Shown here in pieces: positions 27,520 to 40,566 of a DNA stretch of 64,000 nucleotides. How positions within the stretch are numbered: position 1 is the first letter of the stretch; the number at the start of each line of letters is the position of its first letter. Below the pieces are notes generated by a model. It had not been told where the DNA came from and did no database searches. It saw only the letters and a list, made by a program, of their open reading frames with translations. The position numbers were made by a program, and so were the translations under genes. Origin of the DNA: Squalus acanthias (taxonomy: Eukaryota); the NCBI GenBank assembly GCA_030390025.1, contig CM059431.1, forward strand, positions 117,492,001 to 117,556,000, given 5' to 3'.

Positions 27520-28156
27520 CAAAAACAACAATTTGCATTTATATAGCACACTTAACCTAGTAAAAACTTCCCAATGCATCACAGGAGTGTTATCAGACAA
27601 AATTTGGCACCGAGTCACATAAGGCGATAGTAGGACACGTGACCAAAAGCTTAGTCAAAGAGGTAGATTTTTAGGAGCATCTTAAAGGAGGAGAGAGAGG
27701 TAGAGAGGTGGAGAGGTTGAGGGAAGGAATTCCAGAGCTTAGGGCCGAGGCAGCTGAAGGCATAGCGCCAGTGGTGGAGCAATAAAAATCAGGGCGGCGC
27801 ATGAGTCTAAAATTGGAGGAGCGCAGGGATCTCAAAGGGTTGTAGGGCTGGAGGAGGTTACACAGATAGTGAGGGGCGAGGCCATGAAGACATTTGAAAA
27901 CAAGAATCAGAATTTTAAAATCGAGGTGTTGCCAGACCAGGAACCAATGTAGGTCAGCGAGCACAGCGGTGATGGGGAAATGGGACTTGGTGCGAGTTAG
28001 GATATGGACAGCAGAGGTTTGGATGAGCTCAAGTTTATGCAGGGTTGAAGATGGGAGGCCGACCAGGAGAGCATTGAAATAGTCGGATCTAGAGGTAACA
28101 ATGGTATAGATGAGGGTTTCTGCAGTAGATGAGCTGAAGCAGGGGCAGAGACAGGC
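27520..28156 (-). mobile_element. L2 LINE 3' fragment
   Basis: SRSDYFNALLVGLP...DLHWFLV..HLDFKILILVFKCLHGLAP.YL; (GTT)-type tail. Confidence 0.85.
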
Positions 28157-28160
28157 GAAT

Positions 28161-28195
<35 letters not shown>

Positions 28196-28234
28196 ACTGA
28201 GCCACGGCTGATGCCTAAAGATGAACTGCTCCAG

Positions 28235-28872
28235 AGTTCTGGGCGCGGCGCCGCTAACGCCTCCCGCAAAATTCAGCGGGAGGTTAGCAGCCATGGTAGC
28301 CGGTAGCGCCCCGCGGCGCTGCACCTCCGGCGATGACGTCATCACCGTGTGCAGCACCCCGCGCGCGCACTGGTCGCAAACTTCAGTTGCGCCCCCTGAA
28401 CTACCGCTGGCCGATATGTCCGACAGGGTCAGGGTAGTGTTTTTGCAGCCACAAATTAAAGGGCAGGTGCCGGGCGGCCACTTTTTTTTGGGCCGCCTGC
28501 CAGCACCTGGCCCCTTTCTCTTCCTCATACGGGGTGCTGGCCGCGATTGGTCAGCCCGGCACTCCACTCCCCAGTGGTCCAGCAGGGCCCCGGTGCATGC
28601 TGCGCTGGGCCCCTCCCCTTTAATCAGGGGAGGGCGGCCTATAATACCGCGGCGCCACGTGCCGACACTCGTGGTGCTGTTGCACGTAGCGCCGCGGTAT
28701 TGAACGTTAGCACCCCAGGAAGGAGGGGGAGCGCTTCCAGTAGTGCCCTGCCTCCCGCATGGGGCGCTACCACTCAATTTACAGCGCAGGGGCGCTAACT
28801 TTTCCGGGGCGCTAAAAGTAGCGCCCCAAAAATGTTAGCACCCCAAAGGGGGCGTGACTGAATTTTTCCCCC
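28235..28872. mobile_element. GC/CpG-rich non-autonomous DNA transposon fragment (Harbinger-type terminus)
   Basis: Ends AATTTTTCCCC like the 9791-type TIR; repeated GGGGCGCTA/TAGCGCCCC subterminal motifs. Confidence 0.5.
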
Positions 28873-28929
28873 TGGAGTCTACCTGAGGCCATGATTGTTG
28901 AAGACATTGGGGAAAGGACTACATGGCCT

Positions 28930-29002
28930 AGCACCATGGCTTAGCTGGTCAAAGCACCTATCAATAAACAAGGGAGTCTGGGTTCAAGTCTCAGCGGTGC
29001 CT
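28930..29002 (+). pseudogene. tRNA-Thr(AGT)-like pseudogene
   Basis: AGCACCATGGCTTAGCTGGTCAAAGCACCTATC-AATAAACAAGGGAGTCTGGGTTCAAGTCTCAGCGGTGCCT aligns end to end with vertebrate tRNA-Thr(AGT) as I recall it; anticodon arm damaged. Confidence 0.75.
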
Positions 29003-29299
29003 GGGTTCCTAGGTACATTGCAGTCTCTGAGCTACTTCCTGCACTTGTATTTCTGTTACTGTTGGAGAGCATTGGTGAGGCTTTTTGGCATTTTTCTCGC
29101 TTGTCCATTTCCCAGAGATGCTCTGTTACTTCTACTCCCTTCAAATACAAATGACATGGTCCATCAATTTTGTTTTGTGAAATGAAGGTGAAGCGATTCT
29201 GCTGAGCCTGTTTTTCATCATTATATAGAAGAATTTATAATTACATAAATGTTATATGGCACTCTTCATGTGCAGGAAGGCATATCAGAATGCTATACA

Positions 29300-29930
29300 A
29301 CAGGGAGGAAAAAGGATACAGTGGATAGCAAACATGGAGAAATAAGGAATGGCTAGGATGAGGAAGTAAAGGAATAGCCAAAGGGGAGTTTTGAGAATGC
29401 TGTTGAAAATAGGATGGCAGAGTGGAGGAAACTGGGTAGCGAGTTCCAGACAGCAGGAGCATTGTGGCTGAATGAGTGGCCGCTGATGGTAGATCAGGTG
29501 GAGTGAGTGTGAGAGATGTTAGAGGGTCAAAAGATGCTGCAGGAATATAATTTCAGATCAGGAAGGAAGGGTGGGGCAAGGCCGTGGAGAGATTTGAAAA
29601 CAAAGAGGAGAATTTTGAAATCACCATGTCGCAGTATGGGGAGTTAGTGAAAATTAGAGAGAATGAGGTACACGGGTGTGTGGGACGTAATGCAACTTGG
29701 TGCGCGTGAGGAGAGGGGCAGCAATGTTTGGAAGGTTGAGATGGGGAGGCCAGCTAGGTAGGCAGTAGAGAAGTCAAATCTTGATATGATGAAGGCATGA
29801 ACTCATGTTTTTGAAGTGAAAGGGGAGATGTGGTGAAGGTGGGCAGTGTTGAAGAGGTGGAAAAAAGTACTTTTGGTGAGTGAGCAGATGTGAAGGAGAA
29901 AGCTGAGCTTAGGGCAGAGTTTCTGCGCCA
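29300..29930 (-). mobile_element. Old, diverged L2 LINE fragment
   Basis: Degenerate similarity to the adjacent L2 (GAGATTTGAAAACAAAGAGGAGAATTTT). Confidence 0.55.
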
Positions 29931-29937
29931 CTTCACT

Positions 29938-31745
29938 CAACAACAACTTGCATTTATATATCGCCTTTAACGTAGCAAAATGTCCCAAGGCGCTTAACAA
30001 GAGCGTTATCAATAAAAAATGTTGACACCGAGCCACAGACGGAGATATCAAGACAGATGAACAAAAGCTTGGTCAAAGAGGTAGGTTTTAAGGAGCATCT
30101 CAAAGGAGGAGAGAGATGTAGAGAGGTGGAGAGGCTTAGGGAGGGAATTCCAGAGCTTAGGGCCAAGACAGCTGAAAGCATGGCCGCCAATTGTAGAGCG
30201 ATTAAAATTGGGGATGCGCAAGATGCCAGAATTGGAGGAGCACAGATCTCTCGAAGGCTTGTAGGGCTGGAGAAGGTTACAGAGATAGGGAGGGGCAATG
30301 CCATGAAGAGATTTGAAAACAAAGATGAGGATTTTAAAATCGAGGCGTTGTCTGTCCGGGAGTCAGTTGGGGATGGGTGAACGGGATGGGTGCGAGTTAA
30401 GATACGGGCAGCAGAATTTTAGATGAGCAGAAGTTTATGTAGGGTGGATGATGGGAGGCCAGCCAGGAGAGCATTAGAATAGTCAAGTCTAGAGGTAACA
30501 AAGATATGAATGAGGGCTTCTGCAGCAGATGAGCTGAGGCAAGGGCGGAGTCGGGCGATGTTATGAAGTTGGAAGTGGGCAGTCTTGGTGATGAAGTGGA
30601 TATGTGGTCGGAAGCTCATCTCAGGGTCAAACACAATACCAAGGTTGCGAACGGACTGGCTCAGTTTTAGACAGTTGCCAGGGAGAGGAATGAAAACTGT
30701 GGTCAGAGAACAGAGTTTCTGGTGGGGACCAAAGATAATGGCTTCAGTCTTTCCAATATTTAGTTGGAGCAAATTTCTGCTCATCCAACACTGGCTGTTG
30801 GACAAGCAGTGTGACAAATCAGAGGCAGTGGAGAGGTGGTGGGTGAGATAGAGCTGAGTGTCATTAGGTTACACGTGGAACCATGATGTGTTTTCGGATG
30901 ATGTTGCCGAGGGGCAGCATGTAGATGAGAAATAGAAGGGAGCCAAGGATAGATCCGTGGGGGACTCCAGGGGTAATGGTGCGGGAGTGGGAAAAGAAGC
31001 CATTATAGGTGGTTCTCTGGCTACGATTCGATAGATAAGAATGGAACAGGCAAGGGCAGTTCCCACCCAGCTGGATGATGGAGGAGCAGCGTTGTAGGAG
31101 GATAATGTGGTCAACTGTGTCGAAGGCTGCAGATTGGCCGAGAAAAATGAGGAGGGATAGTTTACCATGGTCACATTCACTTAGAATGTCATTTGTGACT
31201 TTCATAAGGGCAGTTTCAGTACTGTGGCAGGGGCAGAATTCTGATTGGAGTGATTCATAAGAAATAGGAAATAGGAGCAGGAGTAGGCCATTTGGCCCTT
31301 CGAGCCTGCTCCGACATTCAATAGATCATGGCTGATCTTCTACCTCATTTCCACTTTCCTGCACTATCTTCATATCCCTTGATTTCCTTAATATTCAAAA
31401 ATCTATCGATCTCTATCTTGAATATACTCAATGACTGAGCCTCCACAGCCCTCTGGGATAGAGAATTCTAAAGATTCACCACCCTCTGAGTGAAGAAATT
31501 TCTCCTCATCTCAGTCCTAAATGGCCGACCCCTTATTCTGAGACTGTGACCCTTGGTTCTAGACTCCCCCGCCAGGGGAAACATCCTCCCTGCATCTACC
31601 CTGTCAAGCCTGTAAGAATTTTGTATGTTTCAAACATGGAATTGCGGGAAAGATGGGCACGGATTTGGGAGGCGACAACACGCTCAAGGACCTTGGAGAG
31701 GAAAGGGAGATTGGAGATGGGGTGATAGTTTGCAAAGCCAGAGGT
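29938..31745 (-). mobile_element. L2 LINE (RT domain to 3' end), interrupted by a CR1 3' fragment at about 31258-31630
   Basis: NYHPISNLPFLSKVLERVV; SAAFDTVDH; GVPHGSILG.LLFLIYMLPL; LQLNIGKTE; SRLDYSNALL. Confidence 0.88.
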
Positions 31746-32759
31746 GTTAAGGAGTGGGATGAACTGAATGTTCAGCTGGAGATGGCAGCCTGGGAGATTG
31801 ATGACATTGAGGTAAGAGGCGCAGAGAGGACCATAGCAGCACAGGATGTTTTGCCAACAAGAAAGATTCAGCTTAGTCAGGTCTTGATATGAAACAGGTA
31901 GTTTCAGAGCATAGCAGTGGGCCTTTGTGTTAATGGAGGAGGCCACAAGATGCAGCTAGGTGCTGTTAGCATATGTGTGAAAGCTGACCCTGTGCTTCTG
32001 GAAAAAATGACCATGGGTAGCATGTAAACATTGACTTGAGCAGGTATATCTCTGGATCTCTGCAGCTACTACTCATAAGATCACAAGACAATTATGGATG
32101 AAGGAAGCATTTGGCCCATTTTAATCCAGAAGGACCCTTTCATGCCCCTATTGCAGCGTCCTAATGCCTCTTGAATGATTCCAGGCTTTTCCCATCCACT
32201 AATCTACCTGGCCGTTCTTTCCAAGTGTCGATCACCCTATGTATGAAGAAGAATTTTCTGATATCAGTGATAAATTTGCATTTTGCTTTTACTTATGAAA
32301 TCAATTGGAAGGAAAATCAGGCGGGTGGATATCATGGGCGGCTGATGCCTTACTGCCTGTTTTGCACCCCGGCCGAACATGAAATTTGCCCCCCAAGGTC
32401 AATTAGACCACCGTCTGTAATCAGCCTTACCTCACTCTAGTCAACGGCCCGATTCAATGTCCCCTGGGGTAGAGGAGAAGCAAAGAGAAGAAGTAACTAA
32501 ACGAAAGAAACTGAGGGAGGCTAAGTTCCCAGCCCAGTAGCTAAACATGATAGTGTAGATAATTAGATGCAGACATGCATACTTCCTATATAAAGCTGCT
32601 GTGTAGACTTAAACAATTAATTAGAAGTATATTTTTAGCAAAAAGCACTGTTTGCTAAGATAAGGATTCCCTTTCTAATTCCTTGCATTGGAAAAGATCA
32701 TTGTACGCATTTAAACACTTGAAACATAATAAGGTGTTGTGGGATGTAATTTGATCCAG

Positions 32760-34168
32760 TGTAAGGGGTTCGGTGTCGTAGGTGCTTGTATCGCAGACGG
32801 TGCTGGTGCGGGGTTAGGCCTTCGTTGCCTAATACTATTGCTTGCTCTGGTCTCCGGCCAGCCTTGTTGCAATAAGCACCTGTGAGTGGTTCGACCCACT
32901 CGCCCGTTACAGGTTCTAACACTGGACTTAGGTGCGAGAGCAGTAATGCAGAGAAAAACTCAAATAGACCTGGTTGAATAGTATGAAATGGAAATCTTTA
33001 TTGCATAGCGTCTAAAATCATGAAGTACATGTCATAGGCACAAATTAACGATAGTACAAGTATACATACATGCATAAAGCTTGGTCTATGGTAATGAAGA
33101 ACGCACGGCACATCGTAAAAAGGGGAACACATTACTTTATCCTTAATAAAACCACCCTCCCCTATCAATACATACACTACATCTAGATTTGTAGGATCGC
33201 GAAACATGCTCACCACTCGTGATACTTCGGAGAATTTTAAAGTGAGACGCTCGGCTTGTTTCGCTGCAGCGCCTGACTGTCACGTGTTTTGAGGGGTCTC
33301 TGTACCCCACTTGTTTATCTTCGCTGCTGCTGCAAGCAGGCTGGGCTCCCTGTTGTCATGAAGAACTCGACAGTGCTCGGACACGGTTGTAGAAGTCCAG
33401 AGAGACAATCAAAAGCTCACCAGTCAAGCGAGTCCATGAAGCGGCAAGCAAATAAGAGTTCAGCAGTCATCAGCCAGATAAGGGAATAATAAGCAAGAGT
33501 TCAGCCCGAGTCCAGAGTCGAATCAAGAGACCGATGGACATTTGTTCACTATAGTTATAGTGCTGTATTTTCTTATCTCCCACCCAAATCTTAATGTTTG
33601 TCCTTTGTAAAATATTGGCGCCCAAAACTCCCAGCATGGGGTGATTCTTGTCTGTAATGGGTTTCGGTAGCACCTGCAACTGGCCAACTACCCATTAATG
33701 TTTTTTTCCCATTGTGGAACCGGCTAGGAGCCTCCCTGGCGGGGTTTTGGGGGCCTCCGAATACTTGTGTAAGCACCCGAGAATGGCTCTCTCATTGTAG
33801 AGCCGTGGGGAATTTGCGTATTGATGTATCGGGATGGGCCTTCGATTGCCCAGTACAATGGTCCTTACTTGTGCATGGAAAACGGTTCCAGCACTTATAT
33901 CTCTTGCTATTGTGTCGAATGCAGACAGGTTGCATCCTGTCTTTATCAGTGTTTGCTGCGTATTATCCAATCTTATACTGAAATGTTTATTCGAACGCCA
34001 TCTTGTCTGTCCACTGAAAATTCTGGAAGCTTCTGCCACGAGGCGCGGCGGCCATTTTACAGGCTTCTGTGTCCTGTTTAATCATGACAGCATTTTGTTT
34101 AAATAAAACTGATGAAATGAATCTGCTTTATCTCGTTATTTCGAATCGCGATAATTGCGAATTTTATA
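32760..34168 (-). mobile_element. Solo LTR (1409 bp), same family as the proviral LTR at 60414-62095
   Basis: 4-bp TSD CCAG at 32756-32759 and 34169-34172. The minus strand begins TATAAAATTCGCAATTATCGCGA (cf. TGTAGAATTCGCAATTATCGCGA) and ends CCCCTTACA; AATAAA at 32997-33002. Confidence 0.9.
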
Positions 34169-35393
34169 CCAGTCGGAGCATTAGATCAAGTAATAAATGC
34201 GGAAAAATAAATTTTCACTCTCAGGTATAATGCCTACAAATTGTACACAAGGGAAAATGCAGCTCTTAATCTTAATTAGATGGCACACAAATTAGAATTA
34301 TATTCAGTTTTCATGACCTGTTCCATTTTATTTTTAAAACCTGCTTACAAAACTTACAAAAGAGATGATATCAATTAAAAGCAAAATAAGAAACCGTAGT
34401 GGGATTACTTCATACTGGTATCAATTAGGTTAGATTGGATTGGTTGATAGCTCTCTACGGTGCTGTTTGCTACACTTTCGGACTCTCCAAACGTATAAAC
34501 CTTTGCATTAGCCACTGGTCAATTACAGATACATTAGGCATTTAGCGAAAGAACATGAGAGATGTTCAGGAGTAAAACTATTATAAAATAGAACATCTGA
34601 ACACTTAATGCATTCGTACTATGTTCCTGCTATTTTGATGCAGGTGTTTAAAATAAATGGGTTACCACCTGTGTAAAAACAGCACACACACAGAAACGTA
34701 GCACGGGCCCATTACGGCGATTTGCAATTTCTATCCTTTTGACTTTTTTAAACATGAATTACATTTTTGGAGAAACTATAACGTTATATTTAAAGCCTTA
34801 CATTTTTCACTAAAGCCTTACATTTTACTTGGGGAGATTTCCCCTGGTTGTTACAGATATCAGAGCAGGAAGATTTTTTTTTTTCTGACGACTATTTCTA
34901 GTGGAATTGTAAATTCGCCCTTTTGGAAATAGTGAACAAAGGAAATCTTCCATCTCTGTTTACAGAAGAACTCTTCCCTCCCATGGGTAGTCAGTGGAAG
35001 AGTAGCTGCAAGGCAGCCCAGGGACTTTTCTTAAAATGCTAATGTCGGGATTAAAGTGACAGTATTAATGAATGTGGTACTGCACCAAATAAAATGGCAA
35101 AGCTGCTCTCGAATATCAAACTTTACCATTGTGTTACATGCCCACGAACATTAATAATGTCTGCCTAGGCCCAACTGTTCTAGCCCCATTTCATTCCATT
35201 TGATAATTACGCTATCTAAAAGAAAAGGAAAATGCAGAAAAGAAGATTGAATTTATATCAAGTAGAGCCAAACCTTCAACCATAAAATAGAGGGACATAT
35301 ACTATTTTCCAAAAGTATACACAGCAAATAAGCATAAAATGAATGCTCTTGACACGGAAAGAAAGGAACCCAATTATAAATGCAACCTAAACT

Positions 35394-37960
35394 AAAAGCA
35401 AAGTACTGCGGAAGCTGGAAATCAGAAGTAAAAACAGAAAATACTGGTAATACTCAGCAGGTCAGGCAGCATCTGCGGAGAGAGAAACAGAGTTAACGGC
35501 CGCGATTTCGCCTACCGAGGCGGGCTCAGTGCGGCCGAGGTAGGTGGCAGGTTGCGACCCTGCTCCCGGCTCCATCCCGCTCTGTGAGAAGAATTTTCTG
35601 TTGATGGGGCTTGTTAAGCCCACCCTGCGAGGTTCCCAGCCAATTAAAAGGAAGCAGGTCTGATGTCATAATTTCATGTTGCGTCATCAGCCGGTTCCCT
35701 TAAAGGGACCATGCACATAATTATTTTGACAGTTCTGCTGTCAGTGTTCTGCAGCATTGAGGTGCTGCAAACAATGACAAGCACTGCACAAAGGTGCACG
35801 GCTGCACCCAGGCTCTCCCATGACTCCCTCCATATGCTTATGGAGGGAGTCACATCACGCAGTGAGGTTCTCTTCCCTTCCCATGGGTGGAAGACACCTC
35901 CCCAGGAAACCAACGCAGCCTGGTTACACATTGCACAGGAGGACACAAGCAGGGATGTCGTCAGGAGGACCTGGCTGCAGTGGCGCAAACCTTTCAATGA
36001 CCTCAGTAGATCATGAAATGTTACTGCAAAGCCACACTCAACCTCATCCTGCTGTGCCACTCATCATATCCCCATCACTCTGCCTTCCCTACCCTACTCC
36101 TGCACATCCTTACTCACACCAACTTACCTTGCACCTCCACCCATCCCTCTCTCTCTATCTACATCATCACATCCCCACCTCACTAGCCACCCCACACACT
36201 CATAGGATATACGGCACAGAAACAGGCCATTCGGCCCAACCAGTCCATGCCGGCGTTTATGCTCCACATGAGTCTCCTTCCGTCTTTCCTCATCTAAATC
36301 TTTCAGCATAACCCTCTATTCCCTTTTCCCTCATATGCTTGTCTAGCCTCCCCTTAAATGCAGGATATGGGGTAGGACATTTAGGACTGAGATGAGGAGA
36401 AATTTCTTCACTGATGGTGGTGAACCTGTGGAATTCTCTACCACAGAAGGCTGTGGAGGCCAAGTCACTGAATATATTTAAGAAGGAGATAGATAGATTG
36501 CTGGACACAAAAGCATCACGGGGTATGGGGAGAGAGCGGGAATGTGGTATTGAGATAGAGGATCAGCCATGATCATATTGAATGGTGGAGCAGGCTCGAA
36601 GGGCCGAATCTCCTGCTCCTATTTTTCTATGTTTCTATTCTATACTATTCGCTTCAACCACTTCCTGTGGTAGCGAGTTCCACATTCTCACCACTCTTGG
36701 GTAAAGAAGTTTCTTCTGAATTCCCTATTGGATTTCTTGGTGACTATCTTATATTGATGGCCTCTAGTTATGCTCTTCTCCACAAGTGGAAACATTCTCT
36801 CTGTATCCACTCTATCAAAATTTTCATAATTTTAATGACCTCTATTAGGTCACCCCTCACAGCACTCATCCTTGTCCAATCATACCAACTAACAACACAC
36901 AAGGGTAGGCACTTGAGTGTTTTCGCCAATGTTCATGTAAAGTTTCTGTTGATGTTTTGCCAAACATTGAAATCTTTATTTTCCACCCTTTGCCTTCTTG
37001 GACAAATTCGTGGCTCACCTTTGGAAGTGGCTTAGTGAGTTGCAGTGAATGGTGAGACATAACTTTACCCCCTGCAATGGTTATGAATGTGAAAGGAATG
37101 GCTTGGACATTGTAGGGGTGCTTTATGGTGCTGGTGTGGGGTGGTGCCAACCTGGCGCATCATGTGGCAGCCAAAGTGTACAGCGTCAAGTGAAGTAAAT
37201 CTGGCCATGGTGAGGCCATCCCAGGCAGCAATGTGGTCAGGTGCTGATGCCCTGTGTCCTGTGCAGCATCAGGTGATTTCGGAGAAGGTTGGTGTTGTTG
37301 TTGGTGATGTTGGTGTGCCTGGTGATGTTGGTGTTGGGGCTGATCGTGGTGGGATTCTCAGGACCAAAGTGAAATTTTTTCAAGGGCACCGATGTTGCTG
37401 GAATAGATGGCAGCTGAAGTTGAGATGACAAAAGCGATCTGTCAATGGTGAGAGAGGTTGCTCCAAGGATAGTGACAGTGGATAGAGAGTTTGCTCCAAA
37501 CACTTCCAACCTGCATAAAGCTGAAATGTGTATTCCAAATCCTTAAGGCTCAAGCTTCTAACATTGGAAAGTGAACAGCTGTGAAATGGTTGCTTTTATA
37601 ACACTTTTGCAGCTGTCACCTATTCAGAGCAATGGAGAGTCATTGAAAACCCAACCTACTTACCTGACGTGATCCCCGAGCGCTGTGAAACTCATCAAAA
37701 AGCTGGGAAAATGGTAAGTAGATGGTAAAATGCAGTTTAAGTACCTTTTAACAAGCTCTTAACTATGTCAATTGGCTTCCCCGCCACTTGGTGTCGGGTC
37801 TGTAAAGCGCAGACAGACCCGGAACTTGGGAAACATGGAAGCCGATCCTGACCCGCTGTCAATCTTTTCTATTTTGATGGCGGACCCGCCTCCGAACCCG
37901 CCCTCTGAGCGCCGGCAAAATTCCAGCCAACGTTTTACGTCGATAACCTTTCATCAGAAC
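35394..37960 (-). mobile_element. Short PLE-derived repeat (35394-35497 plus 37932-37960) with a degenerate hammerhead, split by a 2.4-kb insertion
   Basis: Rejoined minus strand reads GTT-CTGATGA-AAGGTT.ATC.GACGT-AAAA-CGTT-AAC...CAGATGCTGCCTGACCTGCTGAGTATT. Related remnants lie at about 6470-6590, 55845-55882 and 56980-57060. Confidence 0.6.
35498..37928 (+). mobile_element. Harbinger-derived element with a Myb-like remnant, containing nested CR1 fragments (about 36204-36862)
   Basis: Imperfect TIRs GGCCGCGATTTCGCC / GGCAAAATTCCAGCC; TSD AAC at 35495-35497 and 37929-37931; colinear with 24085-25723. Confidence 0.8.
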
Positions 37961-38353
37961 AATAATGTGAGTATTAAAGTGACAACCATACAAACTAATA
38001 ATTTCTCCAAGAAAAGGGAGACACAATGACCTGAAACCTTGGGCATTAAATAGAAGGGGAAATAAATAAAGATAAGCCCCGTCATGGTGACAGTTAGACA
38101 ACTAGACTTATCTACACAGTAAGGAACACAGGCCTCTGGGACATGGGGGTGTAGTTCTGCTACAGATGATAAAGTGCTTTTCTGCCTTGACATTTGGGGA
38201 AGATATTTTAGGGTTGATGAGCTAATATATTAGATAGTCCAAAAAATCAATACAAATTATTCGCTTTATCAAAACAGCAAAACTCACAGAAACATTTGTC
38301 TGTTTAAATTCACTCAAAAAACCTGGAAGCTATTGAAACACTGCCAATATTGC

Positions 38354-38937
38354 AGCACAGTGGCGTGTTGGGTTCTGCTTGCAGTAATAGTCGTTAGCCA
38401 AGTGCAGATATATATACACAACTAATGCAAGGATAACTTGGTCTTATGTATTAATTTCCACTGCACCACACTACTTCGCATTTACTGTAAGGATCTCACT
38501 CATATCTCCTGGAATATCTTAAAACCTTAGTGTCTTTTCGTTTTTACTTGCAAGTACGAAAATAGATGGAATTGGCACAGTGCCATGTCAGGTGCCAGCT
38601 GTAGCAACCATTGTATTCTTAGTACAAATGACTCCAGATTAGACGTCACTAATCCAAGGATAATTAGGAAAGGCCCGTAAGGAATTGAAACACAGTAAAG
38701 TTTGCTCTGTGGAGTGTTATATCAGGTGCAAGGATCTCAATCATACCTCATGGAGTATCTTTGGTGTCATTTGCTTTTCACTTACAAGTAAGAAAATGGA
38801 GGACAGCAAGCACAGTGGCGTGTTGGGTTCTGCTTGCAGTAATAGTCGTTAGCCAAGTGCAGATATATATACACAACCAATGCAAGGATAACTTGGTCTT
38901 ATGTATTAATTTCCACTGCACCACACTACTTCGCATT
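38354..38937. repeat. Local direct duplication: 129 bp at 38354-38482 and 38809-38937
   Basis: One mismatch seen between the copies; an older diverged repeat starting AAGGATCTCA lies at 38489 and 38730. Confidence 0.9.
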
Positions 38938-40044
38938 CCTTACAGTTATACAGAATTCCAATCCAAGCTTAAACATCAAACTCCAATACAAATATAAAGC
39001 GCTCCCAGATTCTCCAGTGATGTATGTTAGGAGCACAAAATAAACTCAAGTGTGACTTTGAGACAACAGCACATTTTAGAAGTTTTCAGGCTTCTGTCAA
39101 ATATGTGTTTATGTTCATTATTGTGATCTCTGAAAGCATGGCTCCTCGCTGGGATCATGAGATTGTAGAGTTATCTCTTCAATTGTTGTAAAATTAAGCA
39201 GGTTGGGTACAATTTTTTTTCAGTATGCTGTTTCTATCTAGAACTTACAGAAATCTTGTTCCCAGTGTACTTGTAATTCCTGCGTAAATTATCAAGCGTC
39301 AAACCGGTTACGATTATCATGATTTAATTACAAGATTACATACTGAATCCACTATAATCTTACATTTTATAAAAAAATGCTTGGTAACAGAAATTTTCAA
39401 ACGCTGGTTAAATTTTAATGTTAACATGGCAATTGTCACTCTATCATTGGACAATGGGCCAAACATGGCTGGGAAATCACGTCATTAGAATGACGCATTA
39501 GCGGTGCTCCCCATTATGAATTCGTAAAAAATACAGGATTTTGCAGAGTAAAAGATACACCAGGAGTTCCGATTCTCTGTAAATTGCTGGACGATTTGAG
39601 CCACTCCATCGATAGCCTCACCAAAGTCGATAAAAGTTTGTTCTCGCCATGAGTTAATGCTGACCGTGAAATTGCTGGATTTACGACATTATTACTAATT
39701 ATTCCCGCCGCAGACATTCAGGGCTGGTAATTAATGTCGTAGAGGACCCCGTTAATGTCCTGATTTATGGTCCTGACATGACACTCAACCTTAGAGGCAT
39801 ATAAAGGAACCAATGAAACTGTGGAGTTTCAATCCAGCTGGCAGTGAATTGTTCCTAGGGTTTTTTTTATGCTTTTTAACTGGCTTGGCAGTCTTTTTTT
39901 GCAAGTTTTGCCATCCATACTCCTGTTAGTATCGGAATGCAATAACTTTCAGGATGCAAAGCTGTTTCGACACTTAGAAATGCAAATTAGATAGATTTAT
40001 TTCAAAAAATCACATTTTGCAATATAGTATATGAGTAATTTGAA

Positions 40045-40566
40045 AGGAAAGATTTGATTGCACTAGAGAGGGTACAGAGGAGATTTACGAGGATGTTGCT
40101 TGGACTGGAGAATTTTAACTATGAGGAAAGATTGGATAGGCTGGGTTTGTTTTCTTTGGAACAGGGGAGGCTGAGGGGAGAACTTATTGAGGTGTATGAA
40201 ATTATGAGGGGCTTAGATAGAGTGGTCAGGAAGGACCTATTTCCCTTAGCAGAAGGGTCAACAACCAGGGAGCATAGATTTAAAGTAATTGGTGGAAGGT
40301 TTAGAGTGGATTTGAGGGTAAATTTCTTCACCCAGAGGGTGGTGGGGGTCTGGAACTCACTGCCTGAAAGGGTGGTAGAGGCAGAAACCCTCACCACATT
40401 TAAAAAGTACTTGGATATGCACTTGAAGTGCCATAACCTACAGGGCTACGGACCAAGAGCTGGAAAGTGGGATTAGGCGGATAGCTCTTTGTCGGCTGGT
40501 GCGGACACGATGGGCCGAAATGGCCTCCTTCCGTGCCGTAAATTTCTATGATTCTATGATTCTATG
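40045..40566 (+). mobile_element. CR1 LINE 3' end
   Basis: ALERVQRRFTRML...LFSLEQGRLRGELIEVY...FFTQRVVGVWNSLP...FKKYLD; (ATTCTATG)n tail. Confidence 0.92.

Noticed and set aside
27671..28777. 368-aa minus-strand ORF
   Set aside because: Chance chimera of a GC-rich DNA-transposon fragment, a SINE tRNA head (about 28157-28212) and L2 ORF2.
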